NCBI GenBank assembly: GCA_965205215.1
Contig: OZ242041.1
Coordinates: 928,001-992,000 of the forward strand
Direction of reading: 5' to 3'
Length of the DNA stretch: 64,000 nt
DNA from: Nitrosopumilus sp.
Lineage (GTDB): Archaea > Thermoproteota > Nitrososphaeria > Nitrososphaerales > Nitrosopumilaceae
Positions 50,008-63,300 of the stretch are shown here, one piece after another (position 1 is the first letter of the stretch; each line of letters opens with the position of its first letter). The notes under the pieces are model-generated. The model had not been told where the DNA came from. It ran no database searches and saw nothing but the letters and a program-made list of their open reading frames with translations. The position numbers were made by a program, and so were the translations under genes.

Positions 50008-51613
50008 ACTGTACAAACTCACGCCGGGCGCGTTCCACTGGCTGAATGCCAACATAGGGCGCAACAAGGACATGTACGGCGACCCGGATGCCGACTTTGC
50101 CGGACTGCTGGAGCGGGCGGACATCCACGAGTACAGGAAGCCGACAGAAGTAGAGGTCAGGAGCGAGATGACCCTCAAGCCGCCCGAAACCGACGATCCG
50201 AAGAAGGCGCATTTTGCAGACCGCCAGGCCATGGAGTTCTACAAGTGCTTGGAGGGCATGACGCCCCGGCTGGCCTCTGACCCGGAGATCTGGGCTTACG
50301 TGAACCACTTCCATCTGCACGGATACGGGATCCTACGCTGGCCGTGGACAAGCGGCTCGCAGAAATCACACATCCGGATGCACTGGCTCACAGCCAGAAA
50401 CCAGAAGATCTACGAGTCCAGCATCTCGGGCCGTACGTGGTGGATGGTTCACGTGGCGACCAAGGCGGCCGAGGCGTCCAACGGGGCATTCACCGCCGAG
50501 CAGGCGCTCAGACTGTTCGCGGACCATCCGGAATACTACCACCGGAGTATGCAGTACGAAGTGCTCCGCAACCCGATGATACTGGCCGAATGCGTCAGAT
50601 CGCTGCTCACGGACGCCAAGGGAATCAGCCGTGACGGATACGTGCAGATTGCCCGCGAGATAAACCGCGAGGCGGGCGCCAGATTACTGGACTCGGTCAG
50701 GCAGCCCGACGTGCGCAGGCTCGTGAGGAGGTCGTCCGACAGGCTCATGCGCATGCCGGAGTTCGTTCCGGACAGGAGGAACCTCAAGGGCGTAAGGACG
50801 TACAAGGTGCTCAGCCTCGGAGCGGGTACGCAATCGACTGTGATGGCCCTCATGGCCGAGGAGGGGTGGGGCGGCCTAGAGAAACCAGACATCGCCATAT
50901 TTGCCGACACTCAGTGGGAGCCGCCGCATGTCTACGAGCATCTCAAGTGGCTCGAAAAGCAGTTGTCATACGAGGTGGTGCGTGTCACCGCCGGGAACAT
51001 ACGAGAAAACGTGCTCGCCGGCGTGACTCCTGACGGAAACCACTTTCTGGACATGCCGGTATTCCTGACAAACAGGGACGGCACCAAGTCGGTGGCCGCA
51101 AGGCAGTGCACGAACCATTACAAGATAACGCCAATACACCAAGAACTACGACGGCAGTTGAAACTGGAGCCCGGCAGGCGCGCCCCCAAAAACTTGCAAG
51201 TCGAGATGTGGATGGGCATAAGCATGGACGAGTCCCATCGCATGAAGCCGAGCCGCGATGAGTGGATAACCAATAGGTTTCCGCTAGTCGACATGAACCT
51301 CACCAGGGCGCAACTCTACGACTGGTTCGCGGAGAGGCATCCGGGGCGCGAACTACCGCGAAGCGCGTGCGTCGGGTGTCCGTACCATACCAACATGGAA
51401 TGGAAGTGGCTCAAGGAGAACGACCCCAAGTCATTCCGGGACGCGGTGTTTATAGACAGGGCAATACGCGAGGTGCCGCAGATAAAGGGCACGTTGCGCG
51501 GCGAAGGATATCTGCACCGCGAAAGAATGGAGCTGGACAGTATAGACTTCAGCGCGGTTGACGATTATGAGGACTATATGGCAAGCGAATGCGAGGGACT
51601 CTGCGGTGTCTGA
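50000..51613 (+). CDS. DUF6339-like domain fused to PP-loop/PAPS-reductase-like Fe-S domain
   Basis: N: TPRLAS..IW.Y..H...Y...RW..HW..RTWW; C: LSLGAGTQS, FADTQWE, RQCT..YK, GIS.DE..R, SACVGCPYH, ECEGLCG. Confidence 0.7.
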   Translation: MSKLYKLTPGAFHWLNANIGRNKDMYGDPDADFAGLLERADIHEYRKPTEVEVRSEMTLKPPETDDPKKAHFADRQAMEFYKCLEGMTPRLASDPEIWAYVNHFHLHGYGILRWPWTSGSQKSHIRMHWLTARNQKIYESSISGRTWWMVHVATKAAEASNGAFTAEQALRLFADHPEYYHRSMQYEVLRNPMILAECVRSLLTDAKGISRDGYVQIAREINREAGARLLDSVRQPDVRRLVRRSSDRLMRMPEFVPDRRNLKGVRTYKVLSLGAGTQSTVMALMAEEGWGGLEKPDIAIFADTQWEPPHVYEHLKWLEKQLSYEVVRVTAGNIRENVLAGVTPDGNHFLDMPVFLTNRDGTKSVAARQCTNHYKITPIHQELRRQLKLEPGRRAPKNLQVEMWMGISMDESHRMKPSRDEWITNRFPLVDMNLTRAQLYDWFAERHPGRELPRSACVGCPYHTNMEWKWLKENDPKSFRDAVFIDRAIREVPQIKGTLRGEGYLHRERMELDSIDFSAVDDYEDYMASECEGLCGV

Positions 51614-51935
51614 CATAGTTTCGCGGCTCTCGGACCGCCCGGTTCCATTTGGGCGCATGTCCTACGAACACGTTGACGAGTCGCCCGGACTCTACTGCTT
51701 CTGGGTCCGCGGCGCGTGCCTGTACGTCGGCATGAGCATGAACCTGAGGAGGCGCCTGAGGGAGCACTGCGAGGCGGAGGACAACGTGCAGCTCGCCGAA
51801 TACTTTGAAGCGTACGGTTCGGAGATCGGGGCGGTGACTGTATATCATGACGCCCCCGAGGCGCGCCTGCGCGAGCTGGAGTCGGAGGCGATAAGAAGGA
51901 TGCGCCCGCTGACAAACAGACAGGGGGCACCATGA
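51606..51935 (+). CDS. GIY-YIG nuclease
   Basis: PGLY...LYVGMS.NLRRRL.EH...E...N. Confidence 0.75.
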   Translation: MSDIVSRLSDRPVPFGRMSYEHVDESPGLYCFWVRGACLYVGMSMNLRRRLREHCEAEDNVQLAEYFEAYGSEIGAVTVYHDAPEARLRELESEAIRRMRPLTNRQGAP

Positions 51936-53146
51936 CTACCACGTATCCCGCGCTACGCGCAAGGTTCGGAACCACCGCGTACTACGTGGTGACCATGCGG
52001 GTCTCAGAACTGGTGGGCAGGATACAGTTCCCAGCGAAGCTGCCCGAGTGGGAGGATCTCTCGATTGAGGGGCAGTTTCAGAGAAAATTGGACGTCGGCC
52101 GCATCCGACGCCAGATGGCGCCATACTTTGCGACCGATGAGAGGAGATTCTCAGGCTCGCTTGTGGTGGCCGTGCAGGGGCTGACAGGGAAGGAGTTTGA
52201 GAGCATACGCGACATCACAACGAAACCACTTCCCGCCGCATACGGCACAGCCGCCAGTGACCTCGGGTTCCTGACACTCGACAGCCAGAAGCTCATTCCA
52301 CTCGACGGCCAGCACCGCGCCAAGGCGTTTCAGTTGGCTCTGGAGGAGGGGGACTCAGGGCTTGCTAACGATGGGATCTCCGTGATAATAATGGATTTTG
52401 AGAAGTCGCTCTCGAGGTATATCTTCAACAAGATCAACAAGTACGCTAGGCCGACATCAAAGGCAGGCAAACTGATAACCGACGACGACGACGCCATGGC
52501 GGTCATTACGCGCGGCCTGATAACGGATGAAATAATCCCAAGAAGGCTGGTCAACTTGGAGTCTAACTCACTGAACAAGAACGCGCACCACTTTACGCTG
52601 ATCTCCACGCTGTATGACGCCAGCAAGTCCCTGCTGTCCGTCATGCCGGTCAGGGTCGTGGGCAGATCGGAGGACATGGACCGGAAGGAGAGGGAGAGAA
52701 ACCAGAAGGAGATTGCCAAGGAATGGACCCGGTTGCTCTCTGGCATATCCGAGTGGAGAAGGGCGCTGGAAAATCCGGACAAAAAAGGGGACAATTACAG
52801 AATAAAGATGCGCCAAAAGTCTATCTTGGGAAGGCCAATAGGCCAACTGGCGCTGGTAAGGGGGTATGCGTACGCATATGGCAACACGGAGAACGCTGAC
52901 AAGGACGCGATAGTGGGCAAACTGGACAAGATAGACTGGGGCATTAAAAATGACACGTGGAGGGGTTTGTTGGTGAGGCCCAACAGCCGTATGATGTACG
53001 GCTCCCGCGTGGCGACTACCGCGTCTAAAATGATAGCGCACCTTGTCGGCGTCAGTCTTCCCAAGAACGTACAGGAACAGCTCCTTGACTCAATCCACGG
53101 GGCCGCCCGATCCCCCCGCAGAAAACTTCCAAAGCCCGTGGGCTAG
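51932..53146 (+). CDS. DGQHR-domain (DndB-like, ParB superfamily) protein
   Basis: FQR.LD..RI....Y, RF..SLVV, LDGQHR, IF..IN. Confidence 0.85.
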   Translation: MTTTYPALRARFGTTAYYVVTMRVSELVGRIQFPAKLPEWEDLSIEGQFQRKLDVGRIRRQMAPYFATDERRFSGSLVVAVQGLTGKEFESIRDITTKPLPAAYGTAASDLGFLTLDSQKLIPLDGQHRAKAFQLALEEGDSGLANDGISVIIMDFEKSLSRYIFNKINKYARPTSKAGKLITDDDDAMAVITRGLITDEIIPRRLVNLESNSLNKNAHHFTLISTLYDASKSLLSVMPVRVVGRSEDMDRKERERNQKEIAKEWTRLLSGISEWRRALENPDKKGDNYRIKMRQKSILGRPIGQLALVRGYAYAYGNTENADKDAIVGKLDKIDWGIKNDTWRGLLVRPNSRMMYGSRVATTASKMIAHLVGVSLPKNVQEQLLDSIHGAARSPRRKLPKPVG

Positions 53147-53471
53147 TTCCATGTCTACGGATCCGCGAAGGCCTGTAGGTGTAATCCTGCTTAGGTCGCC
53201 CCGCTCACACACACCCGCCGGCTATCTTAAACTCCGTGTAGTCGCATTCGGAGTACGTCGCGTCGTCTCCCCTTGGAGGGGGAGGGGGAACGTATACAGG
53301 CGGCCGCGTCCCAGTGAATGCTTGGGCATAGTTCTTGTCGCAGCGGTAGCGATACTGATGTATTTTTAAGTGGACAATCAATTAGTGAAAAAATTGTGGT
53401 CGGGATACTGTAAGCGTCCCGGTTCGCTCCCTGTCGTCTATGCATGGGCCCGATCCAGCATCCGGCTAGGG

Positions 53472-53618
53472 GCCCTTCGGGCCCATTCCACTCTTTTTCG
53501 AGTTGTTTTTGACTCGATCTTTGCCGCCTGATTCTGTGCCCGTCAACATGCAGATTCGGGGGAAAGTGAGATTTAACCCTGCTGGTTGGGATCGAGCTAC
53601 TTTCGGGCTCGAACTCTG
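53472..53618 (+). repeat. attR-like direct repeat
   Basis: Matches 13514-13660. Confidence 0.9.
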
Positions 53619-54319
53619 TGAATCGTAGATCTTGAGAGGCCCCGTTCCCGCCGGACGCTCGCCCGCGTCAGACGGTGATGATTATGTGTGTTTGGTCCAA
53701 ATTTTGCCCTATTTTGCCTGCATAAGGATCATTATAACGCATACTACAGTGTAACGCATCACAACGCTTATTTAGTATTTCGTAGGGCGGGATTTTCCCG
53801 CGCGTTATGCCGGCAAGTTTTCCGGCATAACGATCCAAATATTTGCAAAAACCCCGAAAACTTCCGGCATAATGATCCTTATACAGGCAATATACGGCGC
53901 ACAAGGGGCCCTAGCGTGGGGGGGGACGCCTTGTGCGCCGCGGATCCCGCACTGCGGGACGCCCGGGTTCCCGGCGATCGCCCCTTCGGAGGCCGTAGGC
54001 GTCGCGCCCGCGGCAGACGCGGGTGCCGCCAGGATGCACGCGGGGACGGCCACGCCGGCGGCACGGCCGCGGCCGGGCCTGGCACCGCCGCTGGCCCTGT
54101 AGCCATACCGTTTACCTTCACGGCATCGCGCCGCGGGACGGCGCGGGGCCGGCCGCGCCGGAACCAGCCGCGGATCCCGGGGCGGCGCCGGATGCAGGCG
54201 GGAACGCTAGTCGGCACGCCTGGCGCCTCCACTGCGGCCTTCGTCGGGGGGGGGGGGGGTGGTGAGCGGACGAGCGGACGAGCGGGCGTTCGGCATCTTG
54301 GAAGCGGTAGGTGTCTGAG

Positions 54320-57300
54320 ATGAGGCGGCGGCCTGCGCGGGCCCTGTGCCTTGCGGTAGCAGTAGTAGCAGCAGCGGCAGCGGTAGCCCTTGTGCCGGAG
54401 GTGCTCGCGGAGCCCGCCCTTGCGCAGACGGATCTGACCCTGACTCCGGCAGGAAACATCCAAGACGCCGGCGATCTCCTGCTTGACAGCCCGCACCACG
54501 TCAAGACCCTTGTGGCCTCCGGCAACACGTACGCCGCGGTGGCCGCGCAGGGTGACAAAGGCGCCCAGATAATCCGGATCACCACCGCCGGCACCTCTGC
54601 CAACATCCCCCCGACTGTAGACGCAGGGAACGCCCAGACCGCAGACGGGGGCGACACGGTAACGCTGGCCGGCACCGTCACGGACCCCGACACCGGTGAC
54701 AGCCATACGTACGCGTGGAGTGTAAGCCCCGCAACCCCCGCCATTACGATGACCAACCATACCTCGCTTACGACCACCTTCACGGCCCCCGAGGTCTCGT
54801 CTGGCACCGAGTTCATATTCGTCCTCACGGTAAACGACGGCACCGTGAACGCGACGGACACCGTCACAGTCACCGTCCGGGGCAGCGCCGCCGACACAAT
54901 CCCCGGGCACGCCTTTGTCACCACCTGGACCACCACTGCCGCCAACCAGCAGATAACGCTGCCCGTCAGCGGGTCCGGCATCATAATCGACTGGGGCGAC
55001 GGCACCCCAGACGATACCGGCGTCAACGGCGCGATCGCCCACACATACGAGGACGCCGGCACGTACACGGTCTCTGTAACCGGCGGCCTCGAGCGGTTCA
55101 ACCTGAACAACGGCGCCAGCCGTACCAGCCTGGCCTCAATCGAGCAGTGGGGCAACAGCTCGTGGACGGACATGAACGGCGCCTTTTATGGCGCCAGCAA
55201 CATGGCATACAACGCCGCGGACTCCCCCGACCTGTCCCGCGTCACCGGTATGTTCAACATGTTCCGCGGCGCCGCCGCCTTTGACGGCGACATATCCGGC
55301 TGGGAAGTCTCGTCGGTAACCGACATGTCCCACATGTTCCGCGGCGCCGCCGCCTTTGACGGCGACATATCCGGCTGGGACGTCTCCGCCGTCACCTCCT
55401 TGAACTCCATGTTCCGCGGCGCCGCCGCCTTTGACGGCGACATATCCGGCTGGGACGTCTCCTCCGTCCTACGCATGAACAAAGTGTTCTCCGGCGCCGC
55501 CTCCTTTGACCAGCCCCTCAACGGCTGGGACGTCTCGCGCGTCACCGACATGTCATCCATGTTCTCCGGCGCCGCCTCCTTTGATCAGCCCCTCGACAGA
55601 TGGGACGTCTCGTCCGTCACCCGCATGTCATCCATGTTCTCCGGCGCCGCCTCCTTTGACCAGAACCTCGGAAAATGGTACGTCACCCCGGGAACCGCAG
55701 ACTTTGACGCCTCCGGCTCCTCGCTCAACGTCACTATAATAACCGCGCAGAACCGGCCGCTGCGCGACCACAGCCCCGCCTACGCCATAGGGACCGGCGG
55801 CGACTCGGGACTCTTTGAGATCGTACGGGGATCCGACACGCTGGCCTTCAAGAGTGCCCCGACCGCCAACAGGGACTACGCGGTCAACGTGACCGCTACC
55901 GGCAGCACCGTCTTTGAGGGTGGCAACAACCACATGACGGTCACCGTGACCGTCTCCGGCGCGTCCGCCGGGATGGCAGTCGACGCCGGAGACGCCCAGG
56001 CCGCAGACGAGGGTGACACGGTCACGCTGACAGGAACCGTGCAGAACGCGGGCGGCTCCGCCACGTACGCGTGGACGGTGAGCCCCGCCACCCCCGCCAT
56101 TGCCATAAACAACGCCGACGCGCTCTCGGCCACCTTCGCGGCGCCCGAGGTCACGACGGACACCGAGTTCGTATTCGCGCTCACTGTAACAGATGGCACC
56201 GACACCGCGACGGACACCGTTACGGTCACCGTAAGCCACGTCAACAAGGCTCCGACGGCGTACGCGGGGCACGACCAGACCGTCGCGCAGGGAGCCACCG
56301 TGCAGCTTGACGGTTCGGGCTCGTCTGATCCGGACGGCGACGACCTCGACTACCGCTGGAGCTCGGTCGGGAATGTTGTCACGCTCACAGACAGAACCAC
56401 CGCAACCCCGACGTTCACGGCCCCCTCCTCTGCCTCAACATTCGTCATCTCCCTTACCGTCGTCGACGACGGGAACCTCTTCGACATGGACAACATCACG
56501 ATAACCGTCCCCGCTCTCCCAGTTGCCAAGGACTTGGTTACGGCCACCGTCCGGGGCAGCGCCGCCAGCACAATCCCCGGGCACGCCTTTGCCACCACCT
56601 GGACCACCACTGCCGCCAACCAGCAGATAACGCTGCCCGTCAGCGGTACGGGCATCACCATAAACTGGGGCGACGGCACCGCCGACAGCACCGGCGTCTC
56701 CGGCCCGACCGACCACACATACAAGGTCGCCGGCACGTACACGGTCTCTGTAACCGGCGGCCTCGAGCGGTTCAACCTGGACAACGGCGCCAACAGAACC
56801 AGCCTGGCCTCAATCGAGCAGTGGGGCAACAGCTCGTGGACCACCATGAACGGCGCCTTTCATGGCGCCAGCAACATGGCATACAACGCCGCGGACTCCC
56901 CCGACCTGTCCCGCGTCACCGACATGACCGACATGTTCCGCGGCGCCACCTCCTTCAACGGCGACATATCCGGCTGGGCCACCTCGCGCGTCACCGACAT
57001 GACCGGCATGTTCTATGGCGCCACCTCCTTTGACCAGCCCCTCGACAGCTGGGACGTCTCGCGCGTCACCTCCATGAGCAACATGTTCCGCGGCGCCTCC
57101 TCCTTTGACCAGCCCCTCGACAGCTGGGACACCTCGCGCGTCACCGCCATGATCAACATGTTCCGCGGCGCCTCCTCCTTTGACCAGCCCCTCGACAGCT
57201 GGGACGTCTCGCGCGTCACCAACACGCACGCCATGTTCCGCGATGCCACCTCCTTTAACCAGGACATATCCGGCTGGGACGTCTCGCGCGTCACCGCCAT

Positions 57301-60300
57301 GAGCGACATGTTCCGCGGCGCCGCCGCTTTCGACCAGAATCTGGGGCCCTGGTATGTGACCCCGGGAACCGCCGCGTTTGACGCCTCCGGCAGCTCGCTC
57401 AACGTCACTATAATAACCGCGCAGAACCGGCCGCTGCGCGACCACAGCCCCGCCTACGCCATAGGGACCGGCGGCGACTCGCACCTGTTCCAGATTATAC
57501 AGGGGTCCGACACGCTGGCCTTCAAGGGCACGCCGGCCCGCAATGGCGATTACCGGGTCAACATTACCGCCACCGGCACCAACGTGTTTGAGGACGGCAA
57601 CAACCACAGGACGGTCACCGTGGCCAGCTTCCTGCCATCCCACGCCTTTGTCACCACCTGGACCACCACCTCAGCCGGCCAGCAGATAACGCTGCCCGTC
57701 AGCGGTACGGGCATCACAATAAACTGGGGCGACGGCACCGCCGTCACCGGCGCGACCTCCCACACGTACGCGGCCGCCGGCACGTACACGGTCTCTGTAA
57801 CCGGCGGCCTCGAGCGGTTCAACCTGGACAACGGCGCCAACAGAACCAGCCTGGCCTCAATCGAGCAGTGGGGCAACAGCTCGTGGACGGACATGAACGG
57901 CGCCTTTTATGGCGCCAGCAACATGGTATACAACGCCACCGACTCCCCCGACCTGTCCCGCGTCACCGACATGACCGACATGTTCCGCGGCGCCACCTCC
58001 TTCAACGGCGACATATCCGGCTGGGCCACCTCGCGCGTCACCGACATGACCGGCATGTTCTATGGCGCCTCCTCCTTTGACCAGCCCCTCGACAGCTGGG
58101 ACGTCTCGCGCGTCACCTCCATGAGCAGCATGTTCCGCGGCGCCTCCTCCTTTAACCAGCCCCTCGACAGCTGGGACGTCTTGTCAGTGACCACCATGGA
58201 CTCCATGTTCTCCGGCGCCTCCTCCTTTAACCAGCCCCTCAACGGCTGGAACGTCGCCGCCGTCACCCGCATGGCCGGTATGTTCAATACCGCCACCTCC
58301 TTTAACCAGCCCCTCGACTCCTGGGATGTCTCGTCCGTCACCACCATGACCGGTATGTTCAATACCGCCACCTCCTTTAACCAGCCCCTCAACGATTGGG
58401 ACGTCTCCTCCGTCACCGACATGTCCACCACGTTCGATACCGCCACCTCCTTTGACCAGCCCCTCGACAGCTGGGACGTATCGCGCGTCACCAACATGCG
58501 CACCATGTTCTACGGCGCCTCCTCCTTTGACCAAGACATATCCGGCTGGGACGTCTCGCGCGTCACCAACATGGACGAAATGTTCGACGGCGCCGCCGCC
58601 TTCGACCAGAATCTGGGGCCCTGGTATGTGACCCCGGGAACCGCAGACTTTGATGCCTCCGGCTCCTCGTTCAACGTCACCGACATAACCGCGCAGAACC
58701 GGCCGCTGCGCGACCACAGCCCCGCCTACGCCATAGGGACCGGCGGCGACTCGCACCTGTTCCAGATTATACAGGGGTCCGACACGCTGGCCTTCAAGGG
58801 CACGCCGGCCCACAGCGGCGATTACCGGGTCAACATTACCGCCACCGGCACCAACGTGTTTGAGGACGGCAACAACCACAGGACGGTCACCGTGGCCAGC
58901 TCCCCGCCATCCCACGCCTTTGTCACCACCTGGACCACCACCTCAGCCGGCCAGCAGATAACGCTGCCCGTCAGCGGTACGGGCATCACAATAAACTGGG
59001 GCGACGGCACCGCCGTCACCGGCGCGACCTCCCACACGTACGCGGCCGCCGGCACGTACACGGTCTCTGTAACCGGCGGCCTCGAGCGGTTCAACCTGGA
59101 CAACGGCGCCAACAGAACCAGCCTGGCCTCAATCGAGCAGTGGGGCAACAGCTCGTGGACGGACATGAACGGCGCCTTTTATGGCGCCAGCAACATGGCA
59201 TACAACGCCGCGGACTCCCCCGACCTGTCCCGCGTCACCGACATGACCGACATGTTCCGCGGCGCCACCTCCTTCAACGGCGACATATCCGGCTGGGCCA
59301 CCTCGCGCGTCACCGACATGACCGGCATGTTCTATGGCGCCACCTCCTTTGACCAGCCCCTCGACAGCTGGGACACCTCGCGCGTCACCTCCATGAGCAA
59401 CATGTTCCGCGGCGCCTCCTCCTTTGACCAGCCCCTCGACAGCTGGGACACCTCGCGCGTCACCGCCATGATCAACATGTTCCGCGGCGCCTCCTCCTTT
59501 GACCAGCCCCTCGACAGCTGGGACGTCTCGCGCGTCACCAACACGCACGCCATGTTCCGCGATGCCACCTCCTTTAACCAGGACATATCCGGCTGGGACG
59601 TCTCGCGCGTCACCGCCATGAGCGACATGTTCCGCGGCGCCGCCGCTTTCGACCAGAATCTGGGGCCCTGGTATGTGACCCCGGGAACCGCCGCGTTTGA
59701 CGCCTCCGGCAGCTCGCTCAACGTCACTATAATAACCGCGCAGAACCGGCCGCTGCGCGACCACAGCCCCGCCTACGCCATAGGGACCGGCGGCGACTCG
59801 CACCTGTTCCAGATTATACAGGGGTCCGACACGCTGGCCTTCAAGGGCACGCCGGCCCGCAATGGCGATTACCGGGTCAACATTACCGCCACCGGCACCA
59901 ACGTGTTTGAGGACGGCAACAACCACAGGACGGTCACCGTCACCGTCACCGGCGTGGCCGGCGCCCCGCCATCCCACGCCTTTGTCACCACCTGGACCAC
60001 CACCTCAGCCGGCCAGCAGATAACGCTGCCCGTCAGCGGTACGGGCATCACAATAAACTGGGGCGACGGCACCGCCGTCACCGGCGCGACCTCCCACACG
60101 TACGCGGCCGCCGGCACGTACACGGTCTCTGTAACCGGCGGCCTCGAGCGGTTCAACCTGGACAACGGCGCCAACAGAACCAGCCTGGCCTCAATCGAGC
60201 AGTGGGGCAACAGCTCGTGGACGGACATGAACGGCGCTTTTCATGGCGCCAGCAACATGGCATACAACGCCACCGACTCCCCCGACCTGTCCCGCGTCAC

Positions 60301-63300
60301 CGACATGACCGACATGTTCCGCGGCGCCACCTCCTTCAACGGCGACATATCCGGCTGGGCCACCTCGCGCGTCACCGACATGACCGGCATGTTCTATGGC
60401 GCCACCTCCTTTGACCAGCCCCTCGACAGCTGGGACGTCTCGCGCGTCACCTCCATGAGCAACATGTTCCGCGGCGCCTCCTCCTTTGACCAGCCCCTCG
60501 ACAGCTGGGACACCTCGCGCGTCACCGCCATGATCAACATGTTCCGCGGCGCCTCCTCCTTTGACCAGCCCCTCGACAGCTGGGACGTCTCGCGCGTCAC
60601 CAACACGCACGCCATGTTCCACGGCGCCGCCTCCTTCAACGGCGACATATCCGGCTGGGACACCTCGCGCGTCACCGGCATGAGCGCCATGTTCCGCGAT
60701 GCCACCTCCTTTAACCAGGACATATCCGGCTGGGACGTCTCGCGCGTCACCGCCATGAGCGACATGTTCCGCGGCGCCGCCGCTTTCGACCAGAATCTGG
60801 GGCCCTGGTATGTGACCCCGGGAACCGCAGACTTTGATGCCTCCGGCTCCTCGTTCAACGTCACCGACATAACCGCGCAGAACCGGCCGCTGCGCGACCA
60901 CAGCCCCGCCTACGCCATAGGGACCGGCGGCGACTCGCACCTGTTCCAGATTATACAGGGGTCCGACACGCTGGCCTTCAAGGGCACGCCGGCCCGCAAT
61001 GGCGATTACCGGGTCAACATTACCGCCACCGGCACCAACGTGTTTGAGGACGGCAACAACCACAGGACGGTCACCGTCACCGTCACCGGCGTGGCCGGCG
61101 CCCCGCCATCCCACGCCTTTGTCACCACCTGGACCACCACCTCAGCCGGCCAGCAGATAACGCTGCCCGTCAGCGGTACGGGCATCACAATAAACTGGGG
61201 CGACGGCACTCCCGCCAGCACCGGCGTCACCGGCGCGACCTCCCACACGTACGCGGCCGCCGGCACGTACACGGTCTCTGTAACCGGCGGCCTCGAGCGG
61301 TTCAACCTGGACAACGGCGCCAACAGAACCAGCCTGGCCTCAATCGAGCAGTGGGGCAACAGCTCGTGGACGGACATGAACGGCGCCTTTTATGGCGCCA
61401 GCAACATGGCATACAACGCCGCGGACTCCCCCGACCTGTCCCGCGTCACCGACATGACCGACATGTTCCGCGGCGCCACCTCCTTCAACGGCGACATATC
61501 CGGCTGGGGCGTCTCCTCCGTCACCAACATGGCCAACATGTTCCGCGGCGCCGCCTCCTTCAACGGCGACATATCCGGCTGGGACACCTCGCGCGTCACC
61601 GGCATGAGCGCCATGTTCAACGGCGCCACCTCCTTTGACCAGCCCCTCAACGGCTGGGACACCTCGCGCGTCACCGGCATGTCATTCATGTTCTCCGGCG
61701 CCACCTCCTTTGACCAGCCCCTCAACGGCTGGGACACCTCGCGCGTCACCGGCATGAGCGCCATGTTCAACGGCGCCACCTCCTTTGACCAGCCCCTCAA
61801 CGGCTGGGACACCTCGCGCGTCACCAACACGGGCGCCATGTTCCGCGGCGCCACCTCCTTCAACGGCGACATATCAGGCTGGGACGTCTCGCGCGTCACT
61901 TTCATGACATCCATGTTCTCCGGCGCTGCCTCCTTCAACCAGCCCCTCAACGGCTGGGACGTCTCGCGCGTCACCAACATGCCTGACATGTTCCGCGGCG
62001 CTGCCTCCTTCAACCAGCCCCTCAACGACTGGGACGTCTCGCGCGTCACTGTCATGTCATCCATGTTCTCCGGCGCCGCCGCATTCAACGGCAACATATC
62101 CGGCTGGGACGTCTCATCCGTCACCGGCACCAACATGAACGGCATGTTCCGCGGCGCCGCCTCCTTCAATGTCGACATATCCGGCTGGGACGTCTCGCGC
62201 GTCACCGGCATGTCATCCATGTTCTCGGGCGCCTCCTCCTTTGACCAGCCCCTGAACTCTTGGAACGTCTCGTCCGTCACCGACATGTCATCCATGTTCT
62301 CGGGCGCCTCCTCCTTTGACCAGCCCCTCAACGGCTGGGACACCTCGCGCGTCACCCGCATGTCATCCATGTTCAACGGCGCCTCCTCCTTTGACCAGCC
62401 CCTCGACAGATGGGACGTCTCGTCCGTCACCCGCATGTCATCCATGTTCAACGGCGCCACCTCCTTTGACCAGAACCTGGGGCCCTGGTATGTGACCCCG
62501 GGAACCGCAGACTTTGATGCCTCCGGCTCCTCGTTCAACGTCACCGACATAACCGCGCAGAACCGGCCGCTGCGCGACCACAGCCCCGCCTACGGGATAG
62601 GGACCGGCGGTGACTCGCACCTGTTCCGGATTATACAGGGGTCCGACACGCTGGCCTACAGGTGCACTCCGACCGGTGACGGCCCGCACCGGGTCAACGT
62701 GACCGCCACCGGCCGCAACGTCTTTGAGGACGGCAACAACTGGAGGATGGTCAACGTGACCTTCTCCGGCGCGTCCGACGCCCTGGCAGTCGACGCCGGA
62801 ACAGCCCGGGCCGTAGACGAGGGCGCCTCGGTCACACTGGCGGGAATGGTGCAGAACGAGAGCTGCTTCGCCACGTACAAGTGGAACCAGACCTCCCCCT
62901 CGACCCCGGCCATACCCATAACCGACAGCGATACGCTCGCCGCCTCCTTCACGGCCCCTCAGGTCACGTCGGACACCCCGTTCACGTTCACGCTCACCGT
63001 AACGGACGGCTCCGTCACCAAGAGCGACACCGTTGTAATCACCGTCCGGGACTCGACGCCCGCAAACAGCGCGCCCATCGCCAACGCGGGGCCCGACCAG
63101 ACGGTAGACGAGAGGGGGGCCGTGGAACTCGACGGCTCGCGCTCGTCGGACCCCGACGGTGACCCCATCACGTACACCTGGACCCAGACGGCGGGCACCC
63201 CCACGGTATCGCTCTCCAACACCACCGCGCAGCGCCCCACTTTCACGGCCCCCGAGGTCACGTCGGACGCCGTCCTCACCTTTACGCTTGCCGTATCCGA

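Larger units (their letters stand above)
13514..53618. mobile_element. ~40 kb integrative genomic island at tRNA(CAT)
   Basis: Flanking direct repeats, internal tyrosine recombinases, defence/IS cargo, patches of much lower GC than the flanks. Confidence 0.85.

Noticed and set aside
50000-53146. Canonical dndBCDE or ssp cluster
   Set aside because: No DndD-like SMC ATPase, DndE or cysteine desulfurase visible, and the PP-loop is not the SGGKDS DndC type. Reported as a distinct candidate system instead.
53147-53470. Possible ncRNA or small ORF after the DGQHR gene
   Set aside because: Only short hairpins and no second copy; insufficient support.
13514-53618. Provirus, casposon or conjugative element
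   Set aside because: No capsid, packaging ATPase, casposase, PolB, relaxase or VirB4-like gene recognised.
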